A stretch of 64,000 nucleotides of DNA, taken from NCBI GenBank assembly GCA_963806225.1, contig CAWDXG010000004.1:3072001-3136000 (forward strand), given 5' to 3'. The notes under the pieces were generated by a model. The model saw nothing but the letters and a program-made list of their open reading frames with translations. It was not told where the DNA came from and made no database searches. The translations under genes and the position numbers were made by a program. Shown here piece by piece: positions 20,320 through 30,533 of this stretch. Position 1 is the stretch's first letter; each line of letters begins with the position of its first letter. The stretch is from an uncultured delta proteobacterium (GTDB taxonomy: Bacteria; Myxococcota_A; Polyangia; Polyangiales; Polyangiaceae).

Positions 20320-21033
20320 CTACTTCGCCGAAGCCGGCGGCGAGACGACCGCCTGCGGCTTCGCGTGCCCCTTGCCCACGACCATCTTCACCTCGAAGAA
20401 CTGGCGCACCGGACGCTGCGAGTCGGCGTCGGCCCCCAGGCCCCACAGGCCGACCTGCAGATCCAGGCTCTGGCCGCGCGTGACGGGCTTTACGCCCTTG
20501 TCGGGCCAGGTGCGCGAAAGCTCGAGCGGCTTGCCGGCATCCACGCTCTCGAACTTGTTGCCGTTGCGCGTGTCACCGAGCTCCTCGACCTTGCCGCCGC
20601 GATCGACCTTGGCGGAGAACGCGAGCGGGCCGTGCTCGGGGCCGAGCAGCACATGCGGCGAGCCGTCCTTCGACTTCGCCTGGACCGTCGCCTTGACGCC
20701 CCAGCCCGCTCCGCGGCGCACCGCCTTCGCATTGATCCGGAACTCGACCCCGGTCACCTCGACCACCAGGCCTTTCGGCGTCATGCGGTAGAGCTTCTCC
20801 CGGGGTGCCGTATCGCTGGCCGCGTCGTCGGGCTTCGCGGAAGGCGCCGTCTCGGCGTCACTCGGCCGAGGTGCGGCGGAGGGCTCGACGGAGGCGGCGG
20901 GCGGGGGCGGCGCGGACGCGGCGGGAGGCGGCGCGCTCGAGGAGGGCGCCGCGGGCGGAGCCGCGCCGCCGGCGCCACCGCCGCACGCGCCGAGCACGAC
21001 CAACGTGGACCCCAGAACCGCAAACCGCCGCAC
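20320..21033 (-). CDS. Hypothetical lipoprotein
   Basis: GTG overlaps the upstream stop; lipobox LGAC, Pro/Ala linker, beta-rich domain. Confidence 0.7.
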   Translation of the reverse strand: MRRFAVLGSTLVVLGACGGGAGGAAPPAAPSSSAPPPAASAPPPPAASVEPSAAPRPSDAETAPSAKPDDAASDTAPREKLYRMTPKGLVVEVTGVEFRINAKAVRRGAGWGVKATVQAKSKDGSPHVLLGPEHGPLAFSAKVDRGGKVEELGDTRNGNKFESVDAGKPLELSRTWPDKGVKPVTRGQSLDLQVGLWGLGADADSQRPVRQFFEVKMVVGKGHAKPQAVVSPPASAK

Positions 21034-22211
21034 TACTCGCTCCTCGCCAAGGAAAACTCCTGCTTCGCCTGCTCCACGAGCTCGGGATGCTCGACCAGCT
21101 CCACCGCGGTGCGCGCCAGCGCCTTGGCCGCGAGCAGCATGGTGCTGTACCCGCGCTCGCTCGCCGCGCACTCGGCAAAGCGATGCTGGTGGCAGATGGT
21201 CTCGCCCTCGTCGCAGATACCGAGATACGGGTGGATCGCGGGCACGGCGTGGCTCACGTCGCCCATGTCGGTGGAGCCCGCGCCCACGCGGTGATCGTGA
21301 TCCGGGATCGGGCGACCGAGCTCTTCCATCGCGCGGCTGAAACAGCGCGCGACGATCATGTTGTTGCGCAGATCGCGGTAGCCGGGACGCAGCTTGATCT
21401 CGACCTCGACGCCACAGGCGAGCGCCGCCCCGCGCGCGCAGCGCTCGACGATGGCGCGGACGCGATCGCGCTCCGCGGCGTTCTTCGCGCGAACCGAGAA
21501 CTCGGCCGACGCAAGCTCGGGGATGATGTTCACCGCCTGCCCGCCGTTGGTGACGAAGCCGTGCACGCGCACTCCGTCGCGGAAATGCACCCGCTGCGAA
21601 TCGACGAGCCGGAAGGTCTCGAGGCACGCCGTGAGCGCGCTCTGCCCGTCCCAGGGCGCGGCCGCGGCATGCGACGGCGTGCCGTGGAAGCTCATCTCGA
21701 GCCAGAGGCTGGCGAGCGACGGGTGCGCCAGGATGTCGCGATCGTAGGGATGGTACATCATCGCGACGTCGATGCCGTCGAGCGCGCCCGCTTCGATCAA
21801 CCGCACCTTGCCGGCGCCGCCTTCCTCGGCGGGTGTCCCGAGGATCTCCACCGTGCCGGGCAGGCCGCCGGCGTACCGGGCCACGGCCAGGAACGCTCCG
21901 ACCGCGCCGGCCGCGATCAGGTTGTGTCCGCACGCATGACCGATGGCGGGCAGCGCGTCGTACTCCGCCAGGATCGCGATCCGCGGCCCCTTGCCGCCGC
22001 CGACCTTTGCGCGGAACGAGGTGGGCAGGCCGCCGGTGCCGCGTTCGACTTCCACCCCGGCTGTGTCGCGCAGCATCTCCGCGATCCACGTGGACGCCTG
22101 GTGCTCCTCGTAACGGAGCTCCGGGTTTTCGTGGATGCGCGCCGCCAGAGCGGTCAGCGTGGAAGCCAGCTCGTCGACCGAACGGTCGAGGGCGGTGCGG
22201 TCGATGGGCAC
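21033..22211 (-). CDS. M20-family amidohydrolase (PM20D2/AbgB-like)
   Basis: IHENPEL, AEYDALP..HACGHN, GTPAEE, GSTDMGDVS. Confidence 0.92.
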   Translation of the reverse strand: MPIDRTALDRSVDELASTLTALAARIHENPELRYEEHQASTWIAEMLRDTAGVEVERGTGGLPTSFRAKVGGGKGPRIAILAEYDALPAIGHACGHNLIAAGAVGAFLAVARYAGGLPGTVEILGTPAEEGGAGKVRLIEAGALDGIDVAMMYHPYDRDILAHPSLASLWLEMSFHGTPSHAAAAPWDGQSALTACLETFRLVDSQRVHFRDGVRVHGFVTNGGQAVNIIPELASAEFSVRAKNAAERDRVRAIVERCARGAALACGVEVEIKLRPGYRDLRNNMIVARCFSRAMEELGRPIPDHDHRVGAGSTDMGDVSHAVPAIHPYLGICDEGETICHQHRFAECAASERGYSTMLLAAKALARTAVELVEHPELVEQAKQEFSLARSE

Positions 22212-22333
22212 GGCGCGCAGGATAGCCCAGCTGGCCTGGACGCGTGAATGCCGTAGGTCGGCCGAGCGGGCGGGCGGGCGACGACGCGCCCGAGCTTGAC
22301 TCGACCGTCGACCTGGTCCTGACTCACGTCACC

Positions 22334-23518
22334 GTGGAAACGAACGCCCGCAGAATCGCCGCGAGCCCGCGTCTGGCATTGCTGAGCGCCGTCGCCAGCC
22401 TGTGCCTGGCCACGACCGCGTGCAACCATCCCGAGGGCCACACGGCCAGCGCGTCGGCCGCGAAGGCCCAGCCCACCCCCTCGGCCGCAGCCCCGGCCTC
22501 CGCCCCGGCCCCGGCCCCGAGCGCTTCGGCAGCTTCAGCGGCGTTCACGCCGCAGAAGCTCGACTTCCAGGACACGGCGATGGGCACGAAGGTGCACTTC
22601 GTCGCCTTCACCAATCCGAAGGCCGACGCGGAGGCCGCCAAGGCCGCGGTCAAGGCCGCCTTCCTGGAAATGGGCCGGCTGGAGAAGCTGATGAGCGCCT
22701 GGCAGAAGGACAGCGAGGTCAGCGACATCAACCAGCACACCGGGCAGTTCGTGAAGGTGAGCCCGGAGACCTACGACGTGATCAAGAAGAGCCTGTGGGC
22801 CGGCAAGATCTCCGAAGGCACGTTCGACATCACGTTCGAGGCGATGAGCGGCGTCTGGAAGTTCGGAGACGCCGCCGTGGCCCATCCCAAGCTCCCCAGC
22901 AAAGCGAAGATCGAACGGCTCAAGCAGCTCATCGACTACCGGAAGATCAAGGTCAACGACCAGGACCGGAGCGTGATGCTGCCCAAGGGCATGTCGATGA
23001 GCCTGGGCGGGATCGCCAAGGGCTACATCGTCGACAAGGCGGCGGCGGTTCTGGAAAAGCACGGCGTGACCGACTTCCTCGTCCAGGCCGGCGGCGATCT
23101 GCTGGGTCGCGGGCACAAGCCGGATGGCTCGCCCTGGGTGAGCGGCATCCGTGATCCGCGCGGACCGCAGGGGACGTACTTCGCAACGATCCAGCTCACC
23201 GACCACGCCTTCTCGACAGCCGGAGACTACGCGCGCGCCTACATCCTGAACGGCAAGCGCTACCACCACATCATCGACCCGCGGACGGGCTACCCGGCGA
23301 CGGCCTCGCGCAGCGTGACCCTGTGGGCGCCGGACGCCTTCACCGCCGATGCGGTCGACGACGCGGTGTTCATCCTGGGACCGGAAAAGGGCTTGAAGCT
23401 CGTCGACTCGATCGACGGTTGCGGCGCCGTGATCGTGGACAAGAACAACAAGGTCTACGTGAGCAAGCGGCTGAAGGACAAGGTGAAGGTCCTGCGGGCG
23501 CCCACGGACGGGATCTGA
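22334..23518 (+). CDS. apbE: FAD:protein FMN transferase lipoprotein
   Basis: AMGT, GTFDIT, LGGIAKGY, AGGD, STAGDY, YHHIIDPRTG; lipobox TTAC; start uncertain. Confidence 0.92.
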   Translation: METNARRIAASPRLALLSAVASLCLATTACNHPEGHTASASAAKAQPTPSAAAPASAPAPAPSASAASAAFTPQKLDFQDTAMGTKVHFVAFTNPKADAEAAKAAVKAAFLEMGRLEKLMSAWQKDSEVSDINQHTGQFVKVSPETYDVIKKSLWAGKISEGTFDITFEAMSGVWKFGDAAVAHPKLPSKAKIERLKQLIDYRKIKVNDQDRSVMLPKGMSMSLGGIAKGYIVDKAAAVLEKHGVTDFLVQAGGDLLGRGHKPDGSPWVSGIRDPRGPQGTYFATIQLTDHAFSTAGDYARAYILNGKRYHHIIDPRTGYPATASRSVTLWAPDAFTADAVDDAVFILGPEKGLKLVDSIDGCGAVIVDKNNKVYVSKRLKDKVKVLRAPTDGI

Positions 23519-23718
23519 ATTCCGGGAACCGGTAGGAATGAGCGGCAGGGGGCTGGCAGGACCGGAAACAGTGCCTAGATTGAGTATCCGGGTGTCATAG
23601 CCAATGCGGGCCGTGACAGGTCCTTCGGGTGGTCGGGCCGCCATCCGGTTCATCGCAGCGCGCGGTTCTGCCGCGCCATACCGCCGTGGACACGGCGGCG
23701 GCGATCTCCGGAGGAAAC

Positions 23719-24042
23719 ATGCCGCGCACCCAAACCCCCGAAACCGAGACCATTTCAGGCAAGGCTCTGTTGACCCGTCTGGCCTGGATGCTGTTCGGCA
23801 ACCTCGCTCTTCTGGCCTGTGCGGCGGTGATCGCCCGCGACGATCTGGCCCCACTGTCGCTTTTGAGCGCTCTGTTCTGGGCCATCGTAGGCGGCTTGAT
23901 CGGCCTCCGGTACGTGGACATCACCCGCTACGACGGCCAGACCTCCAAGGGCGAGCCAGCCACGCTGCGGGACTGGAAGCGCTACAGCGTCGGGCTCGCC
24001 ACGGTCTCGCTGGCGATCTGGGCGCTAGCGATCATTGTTTGA
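23719..24042 (+). CDS. Small hypothetical membrane protein (3 TM)
   Basis: GGAGGA Shine-Dalgarno before the ATG; three hydrophobic segments. Confidence 0.65.
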   Translation: MPRTQTPETETISGKALLTRLAWMLFGNLALLACAAVIARDDLAPLSLLSALFWAIVGGLIGLRYVDITRYDGQTSKGEPATLRDWKRYSVGLATVSLAIWALAIIV

Positions 24043-24060
24043 TTCGCTGGTGCGACGCGC

Positions 24061-24591
24061 TCACGCCTCGTCGAGCTCGGCGGAATCCGGGATCTCGTCG
24101 AGGCCAGCGCCTCCCCGCACGGGGATGGCGCGCGCCGCCGCCACCTTCTCCAGCGCGGCGCAAAGCCCGTCCTGGTCGCCGACGCGCGGCAGCTGGACGT
24201 ACGAGCCGTCCCACAATTCCAGCGCGATCAGGGACTGATCCAGGATAATGCGGTCGATCTGCGCCCAGCGGTAGCGCTTCACGCGCGGCCACCCGAAGGC
24301 GAGCACGTCGCGATACACGAGACCGTCGGGGCGCAGCCGGACGCCGCGCATGCTCGAGCGCACGAGGGCCGCCAGCGAGCTCACGATGAGCACCCCCGCC
24401 AGCGTCTGCGAGCCGATCACGCGATGGACGTCCTTTTCGACGACGTAGACGTGGATCCAGGTGTTGCTCCCGGCCATCTCGCCCGCGACGACGAACGCGA
24501 GCACGCCAATCGCCGCCAGCACGTACGCGATCGATGGCACCCAGGCCGGCCAGGGCGGACCGAAAACGGTCTCCGCCGGGCGATAGGTCAT
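24061..24591 (-). CDS. Membrane protein with a bacterial PH-like domain
   Basis: 2 TM segments then RGVRLRPDGL..RYRWAQIDRI..LELWDGS. Confidence 0.65.
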   Translation of the reverse strand: MTYRPAETVFGPPWPAWVPSIAYVLAAIGVLAFVVAGEMAGSNTWIHVYVVEKDVHRVIGSQTLAGVLIVSSLAALVRSSMRGVRLRPDGLVYRDVLAFGWPRVKRYRWAQIDRIILDQSLIALELWDGSYVQLPRVGDQDGLCAALEKVAAARAIPVRGGAGLDEIPDSAELDEA

Positions 24592-24745
24592 ATCGAAGCC
24601 GGGGGGGCGCGAGGGGCGAGCCACGTTGGTTCAACCTAGTTCGGCCACGGATCCTTGGAAAGGGAACGCGGCTTGCCAACCGTCGCCGCCGAGGGTAGGC
24701 GGAGCATAGGCAGGCACCCGCGCGGCCGGAGGAGCAAACACGACA

Positions 24746-25393
24746 ATGAAATTCTTCATCGATACCGGAGACATCGGCGAGATCAAGGAAGCTGTGGCGA
24801 TGGGCGCCATCGACGGCGTGACGACGAATCCGTCTTTGCTAGCAAAAGCCGGCAAGCCCACAAGACAGGCCATCTCGGAGATCTGCGAGGTCGTCGACGG
24901 CCCGGTCTCCGCCGAGGTGCTCGCCACGACGACCGAACAGATCCTGAGCGAAGGGCGCGAGCTGTCGAAGATCCACCCGAACGTGGTGGTCAAGGTGCCG
25001 CTCATCGTCGACGGCCTCAAGGCGGTGAGGACGTTCACAAACGAGGGCATCAAGACCAACGTCACGCTCTGCTTCTCCCCGACGCAGGCGTTGCTCGCGG
25101 CCAAGGCCGGCGCCACCTACATCTCGCCCTTCATCGGTCGGCTCGACGACCTGTCCGAGGAGGGCATGAACCTCATCGAGCAGATCGTCACGATCTACGC
25201 GAACTACTCGTTCGAGACCGAGGTGCTCGTGGCCAGCGTGCGGCACCCGGTGCACGTGGTACAGGCCGCGATGATCGGCGCAGACGTGGCCACCATCCCG
25301 TTCAAGGTCATCACGCAGCTGGCCAAGCACCCGATGACCGACATCGGCCTCGCCCGCTTCCTCGAAGACGCGAAGAAGATTCCGAAGAGCTGA
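24746..25393 (+). CDS. fsa: Transaldolase / fructose-6-phosphate aldolase (short type)
   Basis: [38 protein letters not shown]; good Shine-Dalgarno. Confidence 0.95.
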   Translation: MKFFIDTGDIGEIKEAVAMGAIDGVTTNPSLLAKAGKPTRQAISEICEVVDGPVSAEVLATTTEQILSEGRELSKIHPNVVVKVPLIVDGLKAVRTFTNEGIKTNVTLCFSPTQALLAAKAGATYISPFIGRLDDLSEEGMNLIEQIVTIYANYSFETEVLVASVRHPVHVVQAAMIGADVATIPFKVITQLAKHPMTDIGLARFLEDAKKIPKS

Positions 25394-25404
25394 GGGCCGC
25401 GGAG

Positions 25405-25944
25405 TTGCCCAGCTATGTGCGCCGGCAGGCTCCGCGCTCTGTGTCACTCGACGCGCGGAGCGTACAGCGCATGGCCGACCGGATGCTCGGAGCGCTGGGC
25501 CTCGACGACGCCGAGCTGAGCGTGCTTCTGACAGACGATGCGCGGATCCGGGAGCTGAACCGCGATCACCGTCACAAGGATCGTCCTACGGACGTGCTGG
25601 CGTTTCCGCTCGACGAAAGCGACGACGGGCATGGCCCGCGCCTGCTCGGCGACGTCGTGATTTCCCTCGACACGGCGGCACGTCAGGCGCGCGGCCGGCG
25701 CCGCGAGCTGGCCGCCGAAGTGCGCTTCCTGCTGGCCCACGGGCTCCTGCACCTGATCGGCTACGACCACGCCACGCCCCCGGAAAAGCGCGCGATGAGC
25801 GCGCTCACCCGCCGCCTGGTGGCCCGTTCGCTGGCGCGCGGAACAGAAAAATCGCCCCTCCTGACGCCGGCGCGCACGCGCAAGCCGGCAGGCCGGCCGC
25901 GCCTCGCCCGCGTCCCTCGACGAAGCCCGGGAAAACACGCCTGA
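25405..25944 (+). CDS. ybeY: rRNA maturation endoribonuclease YbeY
   Basis: LNRDHRHKDRPTDVLAF, LGDVVIS, HGLLHLIGYDH; start uncertain. Confidence 0.92.
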   Translation: MPSYVRRQAPRSVSLDARSVQRMADRMLGALGLDDAELSVLLTDDARIRELNRDHRHKDRPTDVLAFPLDESDDGHGPRLLGDVVISLDTAARQARGRRRELAAEVRFLLAHGLLHLIGYDHATPPEKRAMSALTRRLVARSLARGTEKSPLLTPARTRKPAGRPRLARVPRRSPGKHA

Positions 25945-26147
25945 AGCCTCGCGCAAGGCATGCGACGTGGCGTCCAAGTTCGCGCTCTCACACGTGAACT
26001 GGTCCATCTGCGTCCTGCAGGGCGGAGCCGCGGGATGTGTCAGGAAGCAGCTCACGGTGGCCCGGTTTTCCTGCTCTGCGCGGCCCCGCGAGCTCCCGTC
26101 CAGCGGAAAAAATGCTTGATCGAGCGACGAGGGCGCCTTTTTTCTGC

Positions 26148-26176
26148 TTGAACGGCCCAAAGTCCCCTGTTATCCG
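26148..26176 (+). promoter_or_regulatory. Possible sigma70 promoter for the HU gene
   Basis: TTGAAC-17 bp-TATCCG with a TG extension, preceded by A/T tracts. Confidence 0.4.
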
Positions 26177-26278
26177 TCGCGTGCCTTGGACGGCTCCCCG
26201 GCGATCGACTGATCGCCTGGCTGCCCAGAGGGCGGGAGAGACGGCGTCAAAAGCAGGTTTTCGCACAGGAGGAAGCGC

Positions 26279-26590
26279 ATGGCAGGCAAGAGGCTGACGA
26301 AGGCTCAGGTTATTACCGAGCTCGCCAACGCAACGGATCTGGACAAGAAGAGTGTCAATCGCGTGTTCGAGTCGCTGCAGGAGGTCATCCGCAAGCAGCT
26401 CTCGGCGCGTGGCCCCGGCGAGTTCGTGGTGCCGGGTCTTGTGAAGCTCCGCGTGGTCAAGAAGCCCGCGACCAAGGAGCGTCAGGGCATCAATCCGTTC
26501 ACCAAGGAGCCGATCACGATCCCGGCCAAGCCCGCGAGCAAAAAGGTCCGCGCGACCGCGCTCAAGGCGCTCAAGGATCTGGTCCAGTAG
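26279..26590 (+). CDS. HU-family DNA-binding protein
   Basis: LTKAQVI..PATKERQGINPFTKEPITIPAK; AGGAGG Shine-Dalgarno. Confidence 0.95.
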   Translation: MAGKRLTKAQVITELANATDLDKKSVNRVFESLQEVIRKQLSARGPGEFVVPGLVKLRVVKKPATKERQGINPFTKEPITIPAKPASKKVRATALKALKDLVQ

Positions 26591-28094
26591 TCTCGTTTCG
26601 TCGCTTCGCCCGCGCGCGCAGCCCAGCTGCCAACGTGAGGGCGAACAGAAAGACGAGCAGCGGTATGTCCCCGGCCTTCGTATAGAGGGTCGGGGACATC
26701 TCGTTCAGGGTAGGAGAAACGAGCATCACGCTCTGTTGATCGGTGCTGCCGCGGCGGCGCACCGCGCCGGTCGCGTCGATCCAGGCGGGGATCCCGAGGT
26801 TGACGGCGCGGACGAGATCGAGCCGCGACTCGACGGCCCTCAGCGCCGACAGTCTGAGGTGCAGCTCCGGCTCGGCGGTCGGGCCAAACCAGGCGTCGTT
26901 GGTGATGTTGACGAGCAGGTTCGGGCGCGCGCGCGCCACGCGGCGCCCCACGCCGGCGAGCGTGTCCTCGTAGCAGATGAGCACGCCCATGCGCGCAGCA
27001 CCGCTCCTCTGCAAGTCGACCGCGTCGCCCGGGATGAGCCCACCAGAGCGGAAGAAGATGCGGCGCAGCCACGGCATGTACTGGCCGAAGGGAATCGTCT
27101 CGCCGAACCAGAGGAGCGCCATCTTCGCCTGCGGCAGCTCCATGATCCCGTTGCGATCGACAACGGCGGCGGAGTTGTACTCGCCGAACGTGTGCGCGGG
27201 CTGCGTGATGAGCCCGACCAGCACCGGCCCCTTCACGGGTCCGCCGATGATGCCGCGGCTGCCGCGCGGGGTGCGGGTCTGCGCGTAGCGCAGCACGAAG
27301 GGATAGGCGGCCTCGGGCCAGACGGTCAGCTCGGCCCCACGCTGCTCGGCTTCGGCCGTCAGGCGCTTCAGCCGGGCGACGATCTCGTCCTGTGCGGACA
27401 GCTTCCAGCGCAGCCGCGCGCCCACGGCACCCTGCACCACACCCAGCTTGATCTTCGGCTGCCGCGCCATGCGGGCGCGCACCTCGGGCATCCTCACGGC
27501 ACCGTAGGCGCCAAGGACGAGCAGCAGCCCGACCCCGAGCCCCGCCGACAGCCAGCCGCGATTGCGGGGCACACCGCTGCCCCACGGCAGGAAGCGGAGC
27601 AGAGGCGCGGCGAAGCACGCCGCAGCAAGAGCGAGCACGAAGGAGACCCCACGCCCGCCGATGAGCTCGGCGAGCTGCACGAACACCGGCCACGGCGAGA
27701 TCAGCCCGGCGGGCGTCCAGCCGAACACGGTCGGGATCATGATCGCGAGCAGGGCTCCGGCGCCGAAGCCCACGCGCGCGTCGAGCCTGGCAGAGCGCTC
27801 GAGCAGCTCGGCCAGGGCCATGCCCAGGGCCCAGGACAGTGCCTGGAACGCCGACAGCAGGACCAGCGCCAGCGCGCCACCGGCGTAGCCGACCGGCGTG
27901 AAGCGGTCGATCACCACCGGCACGAAACGCATGCCGACGAGACCTGCCGAGGTCGCCCACACCCAACCCAGCAGGGCCGCGCGCTTCACGCTCCGGGCTT
28001 CGCGTGCGGCCAGGAACAGCATCCCCATTCCGAGCAGCACCGCCGGGTACAGGTTCGTGGGCGGCGAGGCGAGCGCGAAGCACACTCCGCCCAC
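26571..28094 (-). CDS. lnt: Apolipoprotein N-acyltransferase
   Basis: Multi-TM N-terminus; E-K-C triad in WPEAA / AKMALLWFGE / ICYED; NITNDAWFG; start may extend to about 28145. Confidence 0.92.
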   Translation of the reverse strand: MGGVCFALASPPTNLYPAVLLGMGMLFLAAREARSVKRAALLGWVWATSAGLVGMRFVPVVIDRFTPVGYAGGALALVLLSAFQALSWALGMALAELLERSARLDARVGFGAGALLAIMIPTVFGWTPAGLISPWPVFVQLAELIGGRGVSFVLALAAACFAAPLLRFLPWGSGVPRNRGWLSAGLGVGLLLVLGAYGAVRMPEVRARMARQPKIKLGVVQGAVGARLRWKLSAQDEIVARLKRLTAEAEQRGAELTVWPEAAYPFVLRYAQTRTPRGSRGIIGGPVKGPVLVGLITQPAHTFGEYNSAAVVDRNGIMELPQAKMALLWFGETIPFGQYMPWLRRIFFRSGGLIPGDAVDLQRSGAARMGVLICYEDTLAGVGRRVARARPNLLVNITNDAWFGPTAEPELHLRLSALRAVESRLDLVRAVNLGIPAWIDATGAVRRRGSTDQQSVMLVSPTLNEMSPTLYTKAGDIPLLVFLFALTLAAGLRARAKRRNETTGPDP

Positions 28095-28167
28095 GGCTGC
28101 GAGCAGCAGGGCGCGACGGTCGGAGCGGAGCTTTCGGTCGGACAGGGTGCGGGAGGATAGCGCGGCT

Positions 28168-29065
28168 TTACCAATAGAAGGTGATGCCGCCGCGCAGCAG
28201 GCCGCCGCCGGAGGTGTTCGTCGTGCGACCGGTGTCGGGATCGGTGAACTCTGGCTGCGTGCGCGCCAGGTCGTCGGTGCGTCCCCGGATGAAGCCGAGC
28301 GCGTCGACGTTGAGCGACACGACGTGGGTCAGACGGAACTCTAGCCCGATGCCGAGCTGGCCGCCGAAATAGCGGTAGTCGTACTTCGTGTCGACGAGCT
28401 CCGTGTTGCCCGTGGCCGACACCTGCGACTGGCTCTGCGTGACCTTCGCGGCGCTGAAGCCGATGCCGCCGATGGTGTAGACCTGCACCGCGTTCTTCGG
28501 GTTGAAGTACACGATGCCGTTCAACATGAACGAGTCCTCGTTTCGCTTGTTGCCGGTCCAGTCCGTTCCGCCGAAGACGTCGACCCCGGCATCCAGAGCG
28601 AAGTTCGGCACCGGGCGGTAGCGGAGGCTGAAGCCGAGACCGGCCATGCCGGAGTTCCGGCTCTGCTGCTTGCTGCTGCCCATGCCGACGCCTTCCAGGC
28701 GCAGGTTGATGCCCCATGCGCGACGATGCCGCCGCCGGGGCGGCTTGGGCACGTCCTCGGGGCGATCGACGACGATCACGCGACGCCCCTCCTTGTCGGG
28801 CGGATACACCTTCACCGACGGCGCCTTCCGGGGCGCCTCGCCTTCTTCCGGCCCGGAGGACTCGATCCCCGTTCTGGTCCTGGTCGGCAGCCGGAGCCTG
28901 GTCATCCCCCTCCTCCGCGTTGGTGTTCGCACTGCCCGAATCGTCGCAGAACCACGACCCCGGCGGACAGTCACCCTGCTGCCCCTGATCCTGGTCCTGG
29001 GCAAACGCAATAGAGGGGAGAATCAACAGCACTGCGCTGGTGAGCAGAGCAAAGCTGGTCCGCAT
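28168..29065 (-). CDS. Outer-membrane beta-barrel protein (one +1 frameshift near 28865)
   Basis: Signal peptide AFA|Q, acidic linker, amphipathic strands, C-terminal GGITFYW. Confidence 0.75.
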
Positions 29066-29099
29066 CGGCAGGCTCCTTTCCGAAACCTCGATGGAGAGT

Positions 29100-29115
29100 A
29101 GCAACCTCGGTGCCA
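29100..29115 (-). promoter_or_regulatory. Sigma54 (-24/-12) promoter
   Basis: TGGCACCGAGGTTGCT on the minus strand, 35 bp upstream of the beta-barrel start. Confidence 0.75.
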
Positions 29116-29225
29116 CTTTCCAGCCGGGGGCAGACGGCGGGGATCCTGGCGGTTTGCGAGCTGGTCGGGTCAGGTAGCGTGGAGAAACGTTTACAGCACA
29201 GTGGCACCCGGAATACTCGAAGGGT

Positions 29226-30419
29226 GTGGCTATCGTGACCCTCAAGGCCGGACACGTGCAGCCCGTCTGGGCAGGACACCCCTGGGTGTATGCCCAGGCG
29301 GTCGAGCGCATCGAGGGAGGCGCCGCCGCGGGCGACGAGGTGGAAGTCGTCGACGCGCGAGGAAACCGGCTCGGACGCGGGCTGTACTCGCCCGGGTCGG
29401 CCATTCCAGTGCGCCTGTACACTCGGGGCGACAAGGCGCGCAACATCGACGGTGCTTTGCTGGCCGAGCGCATCCAGCGCGCCGTCCTGCGACGGGAAGC
29501 GCTGGGCTTGCCCTCGGCGAGCACCGACGCCTATCGCGTCGTACACGCCGAGGGTGACGACCTGCCCGGGCTCGTCGTCGATCGCTTCAACGACGTGTTG
29601 GCGGTGCAGATCGCCACGATCGGGGTCAAACGCCGCGAGGGCATGCTGCTCGACGCTCTGTCACACCACATGAAGCCACGCGCCATCATCGACCGGAGCT
29701 CCGCGCGCCTGGCGAAGCACGAGGGCTTCGAGGCGGGCCGCGGCGTGGTGCGCGGCGATACGGAGCTCACGGAGCTGGAATTCGCCGAGCGCGGGCTCGT
29801 CTACCGGGTACCGCTGGAGCTGGGGCAGAAGACCGGCTTCTACGTCGATCAGCGGCCGCTGCGCGACCGCATCGAACAGCTCGCAGCGGGTCGCCGCGTA
29901 CTGGACGCGTTCTGCTACGTCGGCGCCATCGCGCTGGCCGCGGCGCGCGGCGGCGCTCGCGAGGTCGAAGCAGTCGACACGAACGCGCTCGCGATCGAGG
30001 TGGCCGCCGAGTGCGCGGCGCAGAACGGCCTGTCCGGACGTATCCGCTTCGAGCGCGAGGACGCGCACGACACGCTCGCGCACGCCGGACGCAAGGGCGG
30101 CTACGATCTGGTCGTCTGCGATCCGCCGAAGCTCGCGCCCAGCCGTTCCACCAGGAAGCGCGCGCTGGCATCGATGCGACGGCTGTCGGCGGCGGGCTGC
30201 CGCGCGACGCGGATTGGCGGACTGCTTGCGATCTGTTCCTGCTCGGCCGCCATCGGCATGGACGAGCTCACGCGCGCGGTCGCTCTGGGCGGCCGCGACG
30301 TAGGCTTGAGGCCCGTCATTCTGGAACGCCTGTTCCAGGGCCCCGATCATCCTGTGCCGGCAGCGTTTCCCGAAGGGCTGTATCTGAGCACCCTGATCGT
30401 GGAAGTGACCGCGCTGTGA
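29226..30419 (+). CDS. RlmI-like class I SAM-dependent rRNA methyltransferase
   Basis: PUA GHPWVY, AEGDDLPGLVVDRF, GQKTGFYVDQR, DPP, CSCS. Confidence 0.9.
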   Translation: MAIVTLKAGHVQPVWAGHPWVYAQAVERIEGGAAAGDEVEVVDARGNRLGRGLYSPGSAIPVRLYTRGDKARNIDGALLAERIQRAVLRREALGLPSASTDAYRVVHAEGDDLPGLVVDRFNDVLAVQIATIGVKRREGMLLDALSHHMKPRAIIDRSSARLAKHEGFEAGRGVVRGDTELTELEFAERGLVYRVPLELGQKTGFYVDQRPLRDRIEQLAAGRRVLDAFCYVGAIALAAARGGAREVEAVDTNALAIEVAAECAAQNGLSGRIRFEREDAHDTLAHAGRKGGYDLVVCDPPKLAPSRSTRKRALASMRRLSAAGCRATRIGGLLAICSCSAAIGMDELTRAVALGGRDVGLRPVILERLFQGPDHPVPAAFPEGLYLSTLIVEVTAL

Positions 30420-30533
30420 GCACGGTGAAAATCAGCCGACTCCAATAGCCGGCGCAATTGACTATTCATCGCCAAGCCGGTCGCGTGCTACTCATGGAAG
30501 CGCGCTCGCTTCTGCACGGGAGGACAGGTATCT

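Noticed and set aside
23520..23560. Cobalamin riboswitch-like GGGAACCGGT
   Set aside because: The following AAnTCC and GCnACTG elements are absent.
26035..26060. SRP RNA-like AGGAAGCAGC
   Set aside because: The GNRA-capped stem between TCAGG and AGCAG is missing.
26571..26590. Convergent 3' overlaps (HU/lnt; also GltJ-like/recD2 at 4840-4856)
   Set aside because: Short convergent overlaps are common in stop-poor, high-GC genomes.
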